From: Malacoraja senta
Lineage: Eukaryota
NCBI GenBank assembly: GCA_038087875.1
Contig: JAXLNO010000350.1
Span: forward strand, 62,001-126,000
Reading direction: 5' to 3'
Length of the DNA: 64,000 bases
Shown here: positions 35,301 through 48,039 of the stretch, one piece after another
Layout of the letters: each line of letters starts with the position of its first letter
Numbering within the stretch: position 1 is the first letter of the stretch
Position numbers and translations under genes: made by a program
Notes under the pieces: model-generated
Told to the model about the DNA's origin: nothing
Seen by the model: only the letters and a program-made list of their open reading frames with translations
Database searches by the model: none

Positions 35301-35746
35301 GGCGGAAGGTAAAACACAGGTGATGGTTAATAAAAAATACCCAGTTTGATCAAAGATTGGCGTGGTTTACCTTTAACAATTTTGTAAAGGTAAACCACCC
35401 CCTCCCCTCACTTCCACCATCCTCATCCCCCTTACGCACTTGCCTCCTCACCATCTCACCCCTCTTTACCGCCTCCCTTCTCCCCCCCCCTCACCCTCAC
35501 ACCATCTCTCCCCTCACACCCCCCTCTGCCCTCCGCCCCTTCAAGCACCAGTAATGTTTACGCATTAGTAATGTCCTGTTTGCCAGCTTGTTGACCCTCT
35601 GTGTTCCCCTCCTGCAGGGTTTAGGATCCGTTGCTGTGGACGGAGAGATGGGGATGTGAGCGTCCGTTGAGGGCGGTCAGGGTGCCGGTGAGCCCCCCCC
35701 CCCATCTGCTCGGTGTGCGGGCTGAGCTTCGAGTGGCTGAGCTTTG

Positions 35747-37312
35747 ATGGAGGACCACATGATGGGGCACAACAAGGAGAAGTGTTATAAGTGCGATGTG
35801 TGTGGCAAGGCCTGGCAGTGCCTGAGCGAACTGGAGATCCACCGGCGGGTGCACACGGGAGAACGCCCTTTCGACTGCTTGGAGTGCGGCAAGAGCTTCA
35901 AGACGGCGCCGGTCCTGAAGATACACCGGCAGTTGCACACGGGCGAGAAGCCCTATGGCTGCTCCACATGCGGCAAGAGCTTTGCCCGGTTGTCGGGGTT
36001 GCGGGAGCACCAGCGGGTGCACAGCAGTGAGCGGCCCTTCACCTGCTCTGACTGCGGCAAAGGCTTCAAGTCGTCCATGAACCTGAAGCAGCACAGGCAC
36101 CTGCACACCGGGGAGCGGCCCTGCACCTGCAGCAACTGCGGCAAGGGCTTCGGCAGCTCCAGGAAGCTGGAGGAGCACCAACGCACCCACACCGGCGAGC
36201 GCCCCTTCACCTGCGCCCAGTGCGGCAAAGGCTTCACCAGCTCCGGTAACCTGCTGTCCCACCAGCGGGTGCACTCCGACAAGAGGCCCTTTGTCTGCTC
36301 CGACTGCGGCAAGGACTTCAAGTGGGGGAGCGAGCTGAAGATCCACCGGCAGTTGCACACGGGGGAGGCGCCCTATGGCTGCTCCACCTGTGGCAAGAGC
36401 TTTGCCCGGTTGTCGAAGCTGCGGCAGCATCAGCAGGTGCATAGCAGTGAGCGGCCCTTCACCTGCTCCGACTGCGGCAAAGACTTCAAGACGTCTATGA
36501 CCCTAAAGCAGCACCGGCGTCTGCACAGCAGTGAGCGGCCCTACACCTGCAGTGACTGTGGCGAGGGCTTCATTGACTCCAGCAAGCTGGTGGTGCACCA
36601 GTGTACCCACACCGGCGAACACCCCTTCACCTGCACCCAGTGCGGCAAGGGCTTCACCCAGTCCAACAGCCTGCTGTACCACCAGCGCACCCACACCGGC
36701 GAGCGCCCCTTCACCTGCACCCAGTGCGGCAAATGCTTCAGCTCCTCCAGCAGCCTGCTGAGGCACCAGCGTACCCACACCGGCGAGCGCCCCTACATCT
36801 GCACCCAGTGCGGCAAGAGCTTCACCCGCTCCAACGGGCTGCTGTACCACCAGCGCGCTCACACCGGCGAACGCCCCTACACCTGCACCCAGTGTGGCAA
36901 GGACTTCAGCGACTCCAGCCACTTGCTGAGGCACCAGCGTACACACACCGGCGAGCGCCCCTACACCTGCACCCAGTGCGGCAAGCGCTTCACCCAATCC
37001 ACCAGCCTGCTGCACCACCAGCGGGTGCAAGACTGCGAGCGTCCCGTCCCCAGCCCCGTGAGTGGAGAGTGCTTTACCATGGCCTCCCACGCCCTGTCTC
37101 ACCAGCACGTGCACACCAGTGGCCAGCCCTATGACTGCCCGAACTGTGGTGAGGCGTTTGACAGCTCGCGGAGTTTGCAGCAGCACCGGCGGACTCACGC
37201 TGGCGAGCAGCTGCTCCCACTGTTTCAAGAGGGCACGTGGGTTGCGGGAGCACCAGCGGATACACAGACCATGATGGAGAAGGTGAGGACAGACTCTACG
37301 ATAGCCGTATAA
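35747..37312 (+). CDS. Tandem C2H2 zinc-finger protein, ~521 aa, 17 finger units (15 canonical, 2 degenerate); paralog of 12985-15156
   Basis: Uninterrupted C2H2 array with TGERP linkers. First ATG at 35747 (the track starts at TTG 35744). Confidence 0.92.
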   Translation: MEDHMMGHNKEKCYKCDVCGKAWQCLSELEIHRRVHTGERPFDCLECGKSFKTAPVLKIHRQLHTGEKPYGCSTCGKSFARLSGLREHQRVHSSERPFTCSDCGKGFKSSMNLKQHRHLHTGERPCTCSNCGKGFGSSRKLEEHQRTHTGERPFTCAQCGKGFTSSGNLLSHQRVHSDKRPFVCSDCGKDFKWGSELKIHRQLHTGEAPYGCSTCGKSFARLSKLRQHQQVHSSERPFTCSDCGKDFKTSMTLKQHRRLHSSERPYTCSDCGEGFIDSSKLVVHQCTHTGEHPFTCTQCGKGFTQSNSLLYHQRTHTGERPFTCTQCGKCFSSSSSLLRHQRTHTGERPYICTQCGKSFTRSNGLLYHQRAHTGERPYTCTQCGKDFSDSSHLLRHQRTHTGERPYTCTQCGKRFTQSTSLLHHQRVQDCERPVPSPVSGECFTMASHALSHQHVHTSGQPYDCPNCGEAFDSSRSLQQHRRTHAGEQLLPLFQEGTWVAGAPADTQTMMEKVRTDSTIAV

Positions 37313-37531
37313 AACTGGACCTGTGGCAGATTGCCTGTGGCAGACTGTGTTATCTCAGCTGCCGCAGGAAGTACATAGTCTGTTGGGACTTTTTGACTGT
37401 GCAGTCGATGGTGGCTTCCTATTGATCTATCCAACACTGATCTATTCTACATTTTCCCTGATCTCCATTCCCTTTGTCCTGTTTTCACTCCTTACACTTC
37501 CTCATCTCTGTATCTCCCATCAGACTGAAGG

Positions 37532-40500
37532 TGTAGTAGCCATTTCACTTAACTCAGTATGTTATTACTATGACCATCTACCTTTAAACTTTATCTGCCT
37601 GTAATTGTGTGGGTGGGAATTATACGTAGTCTGAGGCGTGTTCGCGGCTGGGATTCTCGCGCCGACGCCCTAGTAGTTTTAGGTTAGTTTAAAGAAGCAT
37701 GGAGGAGAGGTCACAGCTTTCTACCATGCACGAGTTTGACCACAAGTAAGATCAAAATGTACTTCAACAAGAAGAAGTTTGGATGAATATCTTACTGTTT
37801 TTACTCCTACAATAAAGAAACTACCAATTAAGAGACTGTGTTTGGAAGATTTATCTTTTGACAGCAAGAAGAACTGCTCTGCCCCTGCTGTTAATCAAAT
37901 CTCTAATGGTAAATTAGAAAAGCTGTTGATCAAGCAATACAATCATGACTTCAATGAAAATACCAGTAAGGAATCAGAAGAAATGTCCAGGGAAGAGTTA
38001 AAGTTCTTGGATATTATGAGATGATAGACGGACATTATTGTTTGGACTTACCTTTCGAACAAGAAAGTGTTAGTCTGCTGAATAATCGTCGTATGGCAGA
38101 GCAACGCACCCGGAATCTGAAACGCAAGTTTGGCAAGAATATAAAATGTCATGAAAGAGACATGATTGACAATGATTATGCCGAAATGGTACCAACAGAC
38201 CAGCCGAATCGAAGTGATGGAGATCTTTGGTATATTCTGCACCACGGGGTGTATGACTGGAAGAAAGGGACCTTGAGGGTGGTCTTTGACTGTGCTGCAG
38301 TCTTCAAAGGAACATCACTTAACTGTCAACTTCTGCAAAGTCCAGACCGTGCCAGTTATACAGGGCCCTAGTGAGACCACACCTGGAGTATTGTGTGCAG
38401 TTTTGGTCCCCTAATTTGAGGAAGGACAAGATACAAGATAGAAGATACATTTATTTGTCACATGTGCCAGTTGGCACAGTGAAATGTGTGTTCACCATAC
38501 AGCCATACAATAAAAATAAAGAACACAACACACGATAGAGTTCAACATAAAAACATCCCCACACAGCAGAATCAAAAGTTTCCCACTGAGGGAAGGCACC
38601 AAAGTCAGTCCTCTTCCTCTAATGTTCCCCAATGTTCACCCGTGGTCGGGGCCTCCCCGAGCCCACCGCAGTTGCCGCTACGGGCGGCCCGATGTTCAGG
38701 CCCGCTCGCCGGGGTGATGTAAGTTTGACGTCGGGGCTGGGGGACCTCCTCAGCGGCCTGGACATCAGAGTCGGCCACCTCCTACCGGAGTCCGCGGCTC
38801 CCAAAGTCCGCAGAGATGCAATGCTGGCGGCCCTCGGCAAAGGGCCCCAGGACTCCGCGATGACGGTCAGCGCCGCCCGCGTTGGAAGCTCTCCCAAACC
38901 GCAGCTCCACGGTGTTGGAGCAGCGGCCCAACACTCCGGAGCTCCAAACGGCGATCCAGGTAGGCATCGCCCGCTCCGCGGTGAATTCAGCGCTGCGCCG
39001 CTGCTGTTGTAGCTCTGGTCCGGTCCCCGGCAGGAAAGGCTGCTCCGATCCAGGTGGTAGGCCGCGAGGAGGGGGGCGAGGACGCTACTCGGAGAAATAG
39101 TCACGTCCCCGCCAGGAAGCGACTGGGAAACAGTTTCCCCCTTATCCTGCCCCAATCCCCCACATAGAAAAGTCAAAGATTCCCCCAACATTCTTGCTAT
39201 TGAGGGAGTGCAGCGTAGGTTTACAAGGTTAATTCCCAGGATGGCGGGACTGTCATGCTGAGAGAATGGAGGAGCTGGGCTTGTACACTCTGGAGTTTAG
39301 AAGGATGAGAGGTGATCTTATTGAAACATAAGATTGTTAAGGGCTTGGACAAGCTAGAGGCAGGAAACATGTTCCCGATTTTGGGGGAGTCCAGAATCAG
39401 AGACCACAGTTGAAGAATAAGAAGTAAGCCATTTAGAACGGAGACGAGGAAACACTTTTTCTCACAGAGAGTGGTGAGTCTGTGGAATTCTCTGCCTCAG
39501 AGGGCGGCGGAGGCAGGTTCTCTGGATCCTTTCAAGAGAGAGCTAGATAGGGCTCTTAAAGATAGCGGAGTCAGGAGATATGGGGAGAAGGCAGGAACGG
39601 GGTACTGATTGCGGATGATCAGCCATGATCACATTGAATGGCGGTGCTGGCTCGAAGGGCCGAATGGCCTCCTCCTGCACCTATCGTCTATTGTCTATTG
39701 ACCTTACCAACTCACTCATTGGAGTTCTCATTAAATTCAGACAAGAACCAATTGCTTTGATGGCTGATATTAAAGCGATGTTTCATCAAGTCAAAGTATC
39801 GTAAATCACATTGACTACTTGCGATTCTTATGGTGGCCTGATGGGGATGCACAACAAGATCCCATTGAATATCGGATGAAGGTACATCTCTTTGGAGCAG
39901 TGTCATCCCCAAGTTGCACGGACTTTGCATTAAAGAAGACCGCACAGGACAATAAAGTTCACTTTCCAGAAGAAGTGATAACGTCTGAAGACTAATTTCT
40001 ATATGGATGATTGCTTAAAATCCATGTCTATGGAGCAGGAAGCAATTCAAATGGTAAAACATCTGACTTCCCTCTGCAATAAGGGAGGATTCCAGCTTTC
40101 CAAGTGGATCAGCAACAGCCATGTTTTATTGGAAAGCATTCCACCAGATGATAGAGCCAAGGAGTTCAGGGAGTTGGATTTGGACAAAGACAATCTGCCA
40201 ATGGAAAGAGCATTGGGACTGCATTGGTGCGTTGAAACAGATGTGTTCAAGTTCAGAACCTTGATTCAAGAGCGACCATGTACTAGAAGGGGTATCCTGT
40301 CCATGATTGGTTCCGTTTACAACCCTTTGGGATTTCTTGCACCATTTACTCTGCCAGCCAAGTAGATTTTGCAGGATCTGTGTAAGGAAAAACAGAATCT
40401 CTTTTGTATTGGGAGCTACTAATGTTTCACAATGGAAATATGTTAACACAAAGGAAAATCCTGCGGATGAAGCTTCTAGAGGACTAACAGCAGGCAGCTT

Positions 40501-41163
40501 CTTAAGCAACAAGAGATGGATCAATGGACTGGAATTTCTCTGTAAGCCAGACAGAGAATGGCCAAAATTTGAGCTGGCATTTGAAATCTATGCTAATGAT
40601 CCGGAAATTAAACAAAACATCACAGTGAACGTTACTGCTAAAAATCCTATTATTCTCTTGAAGGATTTTCATATTCCAACATTATCGTTACAACATATCC
40701 ATGAATTGATCGGACATGGAAGAAGAAGTTTCAAGCTGACAAAACTTTGGACTTTTGAGTTTTGGACTAGATACTGGAGATCATGCCTGCTGACGTTAAG
40801 GGTTTGGTGCGTACAGTACGACTTCAGACTAAGAATAATGTTTTAATAAGACCAATAACCAAGTTATGCTTGCTTCTAGAAAGCGAAGGTGAAGATGGAA
40901 GAATCGCTAAAGAAGTCTAAATGCGGATTTATAATTCATGAGATTTTTTTGTGTTTTATATGTTAAGCTTTTATAGCTCCTTTTTTAATGTCTATTAGTA
41001 ATTGCCTCGTTGTATACTCAGAACAATTAGGGGTCGGTATGTAGTAGCCATTTAGCTTAACTCAGTATGTTATAACTACAACCAGTTGCCTTTCAATTTT
41101 ATCTGCCTGTAATTACATGGGTGGGGTTTATACGTAGTCTGATGCGTGTTTGCGGCTGGGATT
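37532..41163 (+). mobile_element. Duplicated copy of the BEL/Pao element (5' LTR 37532-37811, 3' LTR from 41040), interrupted by CR1
   Basis: Near-identical to 17672-19958, with the same internal deletions and the same CR1 truncation. Confidence 0.93.
38349..39699 (+). mobile_element. CR1 3' fragment inserted after the duplication; itself split by a minus-strand GC-rich retroelement 3' part (~38429-39188)
   Basis: GACC duplicated at the junctions; TCTATTG tail; absent at ~18496. The nested element has a (TATCTTG)n-type tail and a TGTGCCAGTTGGCACA hairpin. Confidence 0.85.
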
Positions 41164-41164
41164 A

Positions 41165-42230
41165 AAAACATAGAAACATAGAAAATAGGTGCAGGAGGAG
41201 GCCATTCGGCCCTTCGAACCAGCACCGCCATTCATTGTGATCATGGCTGATCGTCCCCAATCAATAACCCGTGCCTGCCTTCTCCACATATCTCTTGATT
41301 CCAGTAGCTCCGAGAGCTCTAACTAACTCTCTCTTAAATCCATCCAGTGATTTGGCCTCCACTGCCCTCTGTGGCAGGGAATTCCACAAAATCACAACTC
41401 TCTGGGTGAAAAAGTATTTTCTCGCCTCGATCTTAAATGGCGTCCCCTTTATTATAAGACTGTGGCCCCTGGTTCTGGACTCACCCAACATTGGGAACAT
41501 TTTTCCTGCATCTAGCTTGTCTAGTCCTTTTATAATTTTATATGTTTCTATAAGATCCCCCCTCATCCTTCTAAACTCCAGTGAATACAAGCCTAGTCTT
41601 TTCAATCTTTCCTCATATGACAGTCCCGCCTTCCCAGGGATCAATCTCGTGAACCTACGCTGCACTGCCTCAATCACAAGGATATCCTTCCTCAAATTAG
41701 ACCAAAGCTATACACAATACTCCAGATGTGGTCTTACCAGAGTCCTTTACAACTGCAGAAGAACCTCTCTACTCCTATACTGAAATCCTCTTGTTATGAA
41801 GGCCAACATTCCATTAGCTTTCTTCACTGCCTGCTGTACCTGCACGCCAACTTTCAGTGACTGGTGTACAAGGACACCCTGGTCACACTGCATCTCCCCC
41901 TTACCTAACCTAACCCCATTGAGATAATAATCTGCCCCCTTGTTTTTGCCGCGAAAGTGGATAACCTCACATTTATCTATCTTATACTACATCTGTATAC
42001 AATAGACAATAGGTGCTGGAGTAGGCCATTCGACCCTTCGAGCCAGCACCACAATTCACTGTGATCATGGCTGATCATCCACAATCAGTACCCTGTTCCT
42101 GCCTTCTCCACATATCCCATGACTCCGCTATCTTTAAGAGCTCTATCTAACTCTCTCTTGGAAGCATCCAGAGAATCGGCCCCCACTGCTTTGAGGCAGA
42201 GAATTCCTCAGATTCACAACTCTCTGGGTA
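41165..42230 (-). mobile_element. Two CR1 3' ends, paralogous to 19959-20990
   Basis: ORF 41261-41695 encodes the CR1 ORF2 C-terminus; tails as in copy 1. Confidence 0.92.
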
Positions 42231-43267
42231 AAAAAAGGCGATTAACTAAAACTACCTACGACTACCTCGACTACCCATAACTACATGGCGACCCCACTAC
42301 AATTCCACTTACGACGACAGGATTATCGATTTTCTCCATGGCGACCAATGTTGAAAAATTTGCGGCGACCATACTGAGGCCGCGACTCGCTCCCAGAATG
42401 CGGAAACTCCTCGCGACCATGAAGGAGACCAACAGCGATCATGTGGCGAGTGCAGCGTCTCCTGCACGCGCCTAAAAAGTCGCCTAAGTGCGACAGGCCC
42501 TTGAAAACTGGGTGCAACCAGCTAAGAAGACTTACCTTGAAGTTTGGGAGTGGCAGGGGTTCAATCCAAATTCAATTCGCAAATTGGTTAATTGGTTAAG
42601 TGACAAATTGGGCAATTTATCAGCCAATATAAGCAAGGTTTGCCAACGGGAAGCAGCGAGCTCCTTGTGAGAAAAGTGCGAGTCTTTGGCTCAAGAGTCT
42701 TCGGCGAGGAGGCTGTGGAGAGGAGACCAGACCTAGTGGGACCCGTTGGGTCCTGTCCCCAACGCGGTGGGAGGGGGGATGTGGCGTTACACTGAGGAGG
42801 GAGCACCGCACTGTAGGATGGAGGGAGGGGCAGTGAGGAGGGAGCACAGCGCTGAAGGAGGGAGGGAGGGGCGGTGAGGAGGATGGGAGAGGGAGATGGG
42901 GGAGGGAGATGGTGAGAGTGAGTTGGGGGGAGAGAGGGAGGGTGAAGACGGAGAGTAAGAGGGGGAAGTGGGATAAAAAGAAGAGGGTTGAGGGGGAGAA
43001 AGACGGGGAGAAAAGAGGTATGGGGAGAGAGATTGGGAAGAGTTCAGTTGGGTTGAGTTGGCTTGGATTGAGCTGGGTTGGGTTGAGCTGAGTTTGGTTT
43101 GGTTGAGCTGAGTTGGGTTGAGCTGGGTTGGGTTGAACTGAGTTGCGTTGGGTTGGGTTGAGCTGAGTTGGGTTGGGGTTGATTTGTGTTGGGTTTAATT
43201 GGGTTGAGTTTGTTTGGGTTGGGTTGAGTTGTGTTGGGCTGGGTTGGGTTGAGCACAGTACATACAC

Positions 43268-43794
43268 AGGTGTACAACGGGATCTGGGGGTCCTTGTTCA
43301 TCAGTCACTGAAAGTAAGCATGTTGGTACAGCAGGCAGTAAAGAAAGCGAATGGCATGTTGGTCTTCATATCAAGAGGAGTTGAATATAGAAGCAAAGGG
43401 GTCCTTCTGCAGTTGTACAGGGCCCTAGTGAGACCACACCTGGAATATTGTATGCAGTTTTGGTCCCCAAATTTGAGGAAGGATATTCTTGCTATTGAGG
43501 GAGTGCAGCGTAGGTTTACAAGGTTAATTCCCAGGATGGCGGGACTGTCATATGCTGAGAGAATGGAGCGGCTGGGCTTGTACACTCTGGTGTTTGGAAG
43601 GATGAGAGGGCAACTTATTGAAACATATAAGATTGTTAAGGGTTTGGACACGCTAGAGGCAGGAAACTTGTTCCCGATGTTGGGGGAGTCCAGAACCAGG
43701 GGCCACAGTTTAAGAATAAGGGGTAAGCCATTTAGAACGGAGATGAGGAAAGACTTTTTCTCACAGAGAGTTGTGAGTCTGGAATTCTCTGCCA
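43268..43794 (+). mobile_element. CR1 ORF2 C-terminal fragment (almost entirely deleted in the paralog)
   Basis: RDLGVLVHQSLK...[13 protein letters not shown]...RTRGH. Confidence 0.9.
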
Positions 43795-43822
43795 ACATAC
43801 AAGATGAGAGATTTAAAGGTAT

Positions 43823-44459
43823 AAGTGCAGACCCGTTGGGTCTAGTCCCCCAATATTCCCTTTCCCCACCCGTAGCCCCCACTGGAGGCGTGGTCCTCCT
43901 GATCACTGCTAGCCGAGCCATTGTGACGTCATCAGTTGAAGCTGGTCGTTTTAAATTCAAAGTCTTTTGATTTTGTAAAACTGTAATCAGTAATAAGTCG
44001 AGAAATAAATCATAACATGATCAGTGAAGGTGCTCTCGAATGTCAGAAATCAGAATCAGAAAATGTCAATCAGAATGTAAAAATCTTGTGAAAGTTGGCA
44101 TTTTTAAAGCTTTAATCTTGAATAACGTGTCAAATATAGGATGAAATCTTCAGTGAGGCTGATCACTGCTGGCCGAGCCATTGTGATGTCATCAGTTGAT
44201 GATGGTCAGTTTAATTTCAAAGTCTTTTGACTTCTTTCGACTATTAATCAGTAATGAGTCGAGATTAAGTTGAGAAATAAAGCATAGAATGTTCAGATAA
44301 GGTGCTCCCGGTCTCGAGGGGAAAATGTCAACCGGAATATGTAAAAATGTAATCGTTACCGAGTAGTTTTTATGCAAAGTTGTAAAGACAACCATATATA
44401 TATACACACACATACTTATGCACATATACACACGAACAAGGTCAGAGTTTTAGTAAGTA
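43823..44459 (-). mobile_element. Short non-autonomous Helitron (~640 bp)
   Basis: Minus-strand 5' part TACTTACTAAAACTCTGACCTTG; 3' hairpin AGACCCAACGGGTCT. Terminal CTAG eroded. Confidence 0.65.
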
Positions 44460-45910
44460 CTAGACTAAGTGGGACCCGTTGGGTCCCAGTTACACGGGAG
44501 GCCTGGTCTCCCAACACAACCCATTCCCCAATGCAATATTCCACCACTCACCCGTTCCTCCAACGCAACACGTTCCCCCAATGCAATATTCCACCACTCA
44601 CCCATAACCCCTAACTGCGCAGGCACGGCTCATTTCCCCTCATGTGTGGTAGGGGGAGGGAAGTGGCGGGGGTGGGTGGGAGGGGAAGAGGGGTGTGTGG
44701 ACGGGGAGGTGTAGGAGGGTGTGTGTGTGTGGGGGGGGCGGGTGTGGGTGGTTGAGTGGGGGAGGGGTGTGCGGGCGGAGGGGTTAAGGGGGGATGGGTG
44801 TGTGAGCTGGGGGTAGGGATGTGGGGGCAGGGAGGGTTGTGAGGCAGAGAGGGGTTGTGGGAGCGGGGGGGGTTGTGGGGAAGGGGGGATTGTGGGGGTG
44901 GGTGGTGGGGCGGCGGGTGTGGGGGGGTGCGTGTGTGGGGGTAGGGGGTTGTGGGCCGGGGGGGTTTGTGGGGGCGGTGGGTGTCTGTGTGGGGGGGGGG
45001 TGTGTGAGCAAGGGTGTGTGTCGGCAGAGGGGCTTGTGGGGGGAGGGGTGTAGGCCGGGGGGGTTTGTGTGGAGGGATAGGGGTGTGTGGGTGGGGGGGG
45101 GATGTTTGTGTGGGGGCAGAGGTATGTGGGCGGGGGGGTGAACTCGGAGAAAAGACGGGAAGACCCATGGGGAGAGGGGGGTATCATGGGGGAGGGGGAG
45201 GAGCCAGTGAGGGGAACCAGAGGGGCTGGAATTGGCGGTGCGATGGGAAATCACAGCGGGCGCTGGTCGTTCTCCTCTGCTGGGATCAGAGTCTCCGCTT
45301 TCCATTTGGTGACATCGGCAACATCTCCGACTCCGTGCTCGGCTGAGTCTCCGACGCTGGGCTGCTCGTTGCTGGGCTGGGCTGCTTGGGGCTGGGTTGC
45401 TTGGGACTGGGCTGCTCGTTGCTGGGCTGGGCTGCTTGGAGCTGGGCTGCTTGGGGCGGGACTGTTCGGGCTGGGCTGCTCGGGGCTGGGCCGCTCTGGG
45501 GTGGGGCTGGGCTGGGCTGCTTGGGGCTGGGCTGGCTGCTCAGGGCTGGACTGCTACGGGTCCCTCCGGAAGACCGGTTTAAACCTCCGCCGACCATCCT
45601 CAGCTCCAGTAAAGACGCGATGGCGCAGGAAGGGCGGTCCGTCCCGGGGGAGTGATGGGGAAGGGACTATTCGGCGTGGTGCTGACTGGCAGAAGAGATC
45701 GATCTGCGCACGCGTGGTTTTTAAGATTTTTAAACCTCGCTGACTTTTACGACATTCAACAGATTGGAACGAAACTTGGTGCAATCGCAGCACAGGAGAA
45801 CGGTGAGTGAACTGGCGAAAAATCGTAGTGCAATAGCGAACCGTTTTTGCGCAAATAGAATGACCGCCAAACCGGAAGATAACAAGATCAGAGTTTTAGT
45901 TATGTACAGA
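44460..45910 (-). mobile_element. Complete non-autonomous Helitron (1,451 bp) with G-rich and GCTGG repeats
   Basis: 5' A|TCTGTACATAACTAAAACTCTGATCTTG; 3' TGGGACCCAACGGGTCCCA-CTTAGT-CTAG|T. Confidence 0.85.
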
Positions 45911-47029
45911 TAGATAGATATATGATAGAAAGTTTAGCAGAATGACGTGGACCTCATTGAAACTTACTGAATAGTGAAAGGTTTGGATCGAGTGGATGTG
46001 GAGAGGATGTTTCCACTAGTGGGAGAGTCTAGGACCAGAGGTCACAGCCTCAGAATGAAAGGACGTTCCTTTAGGAAGGAGATGAGGAGAAATTTCGTTA
46101 GCAAGAGGGTGGTGAATCTGTGGGATCCGTGGGTGGAGAGGACTTGATGGGCTGAATGGCCTGATTCTGCTCCTAGAACTTACAGAAGGAAGTGTCTTGT
46201 GTTTCAGGTCCTGTGTTCATCTACAATCCATCGAGTGTTTACATGGGACTTATAAACGCTCCTGGTTTCTCCCGAGGGGAGGAATCTCGAATCCCGGGTT
46301 ACATCTCAACTACAATGCTCCCCTTTCCGAAGCAGGAAGAGGGGGAGACAGGGGTCGATCGGGATTTTCCCAGCAAGAACACGGAAAAGAATCCCATCTG
46401 AGGAGGTTTCTCAATCTATCTCTGAGATATCGTGTGAGAGAGAGAGAGAGAGAGAAAGAGGAGATGGGAGGGGAAGGAAGGAGGGGAGGAGAGGGAGGGA
46501 GGAGGCAGAGGGGAGAGTGAGGGAGGGGTAAGAGGGAGACGGAGGGGGAGAAAGGGTTAACGTTTAGATTTATTGAGGGTCAGTGAAAAGTTTGTTCTGC
46601 TTGCAAACAGGTTAGATAATATAGTAGTTAAACTGTGACCCTCTCCCCTCCGGCCCCTACACCCCCTCTTCCCATCTCTGTGAACCTCTCCCCTCTGGCC
46701 CCCAATACTGCCTTATGAGAGAGGGGACGGGGGAAGAATCATTTTTTAAGCTTTGTATATAAAAATAAATAAACTTGTTTAAATCAATATATATTCTCTT
46801 AACTTAATTTAAGAGGGTGTGGCGGCCGGACGGGAGGGGGTGCCAGAGACGGGGAGAGGGTTAAAGATTGCTTTAAGCTGTCAGACAGGATTCTTTCTAT
46901 CTCTCTCTCTCTCCGCTCCTCTTCTTGGTTCTTCTTGGTTTCTTGGTCCTCCAAAATATTCCAAATGGAATTTAAACTGGAGGTGGAATATTCAAATGGA
47001 ATTTAAACTGGAATTTAAACCGGTTGCAT

Positions 47030-47525
47030 CGTGGCTTGGTTCGGCAACTTGAGCGCCCTGGAGAGGAAAAGACTACAAAAAGTAGTAAACACTGCCCAGT
47101 CCATCATCGGCTCTGACCTCCCTTCCATCGAGGGGATCTATCGCAGTCACTGCCTCAAAAAGGCTGGCACTATCATCAAAGACCCACACAATCCTAGCCA
47201 CACACTCATCTCCCTGCTACCTTCAGGTAGAAGGTGCAGGAGCCTGAAGACTTCAACGACCAGGTTCAGGAATAGCTGCTTCCCCACAGCCATCAGGCTA
47301 TTAAACTTGGCTCTGGCAAAACTCTGAACATTAATGGCCCATGATCAGTTATTTGCACTTTATCAGTTTATTTATACATGTGTGTGTATATATTTATATA
47401 ATGGTATATGGACACACTGATCTGTTTTGTAGTCGATGCCTACTATGTTCTGTTGTGCTGAAGCAAAGCAAGAATTTCATTGTCCTATCAGGGACACATG
47501 ACAATAAACTCACTTGAACAAACTC
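47030..47525 (+). mobile_element. Rex1/Babar LINE 3' fragment
   Basis: WFGN..ERKRLQKVVNTAQSIIG..DPHNP..LLPSGRR..RFRNSCFP.AIRLLN; 3' UTR AATTTCATTGT...ATGACAATAAA. Confidence 0.88.
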
Positions 47526-48039
47526 AACTATCACAATGTTTCTCTTGAAGTAGAAAGAGCGCGTGAGAGAGCCGCCTCTCCCCGTCTCTGTGACCCCCTC
47601 CCCTGCGGTCCCTACACCCCCTCTCCCCGTCTCTGTGAGAGGGTTAATGTCCACACACCTACACCCCCCTTATAAGAGGCGGGGGGGGGGGAGTGGGGGA
47701 ACCATTTTTGAAGCCTTGTATTTCTCTGCCACAGAAGGTAGTTGAGGCCAGTTCATTGGCTATATTTAAGAGGGAGTTAGATGTGGCCCTTGTGGCTAAA
47801 GGATCAGGGGGTATGGAGAGAAGGCAGGTACAGGATACTGAGTTGGATGATCAGCCGTGATCACATTGAATGGCGGTGCAGGCTCGAAGGGCCGAATGGC
47901 CTCCTCCTGCACCTATTGTCTATGTTTCTATATAATATGAATCAAATGAAGATGCATTGAGTGAGTTGAATGGAAGGGGGTGGATGATATTTGGTTTGCA
48001 GCCTCTGCTGTCATTGTTTCCCCCCCTCTCTCCCCTTCC

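Noticed and set aside
38619..39191. CpG island or GC-rich gene
   Set aside because: Lies within an insertion nested in CR1 inside BEL, ends in a retroelement tail, and is absent from the paralog.
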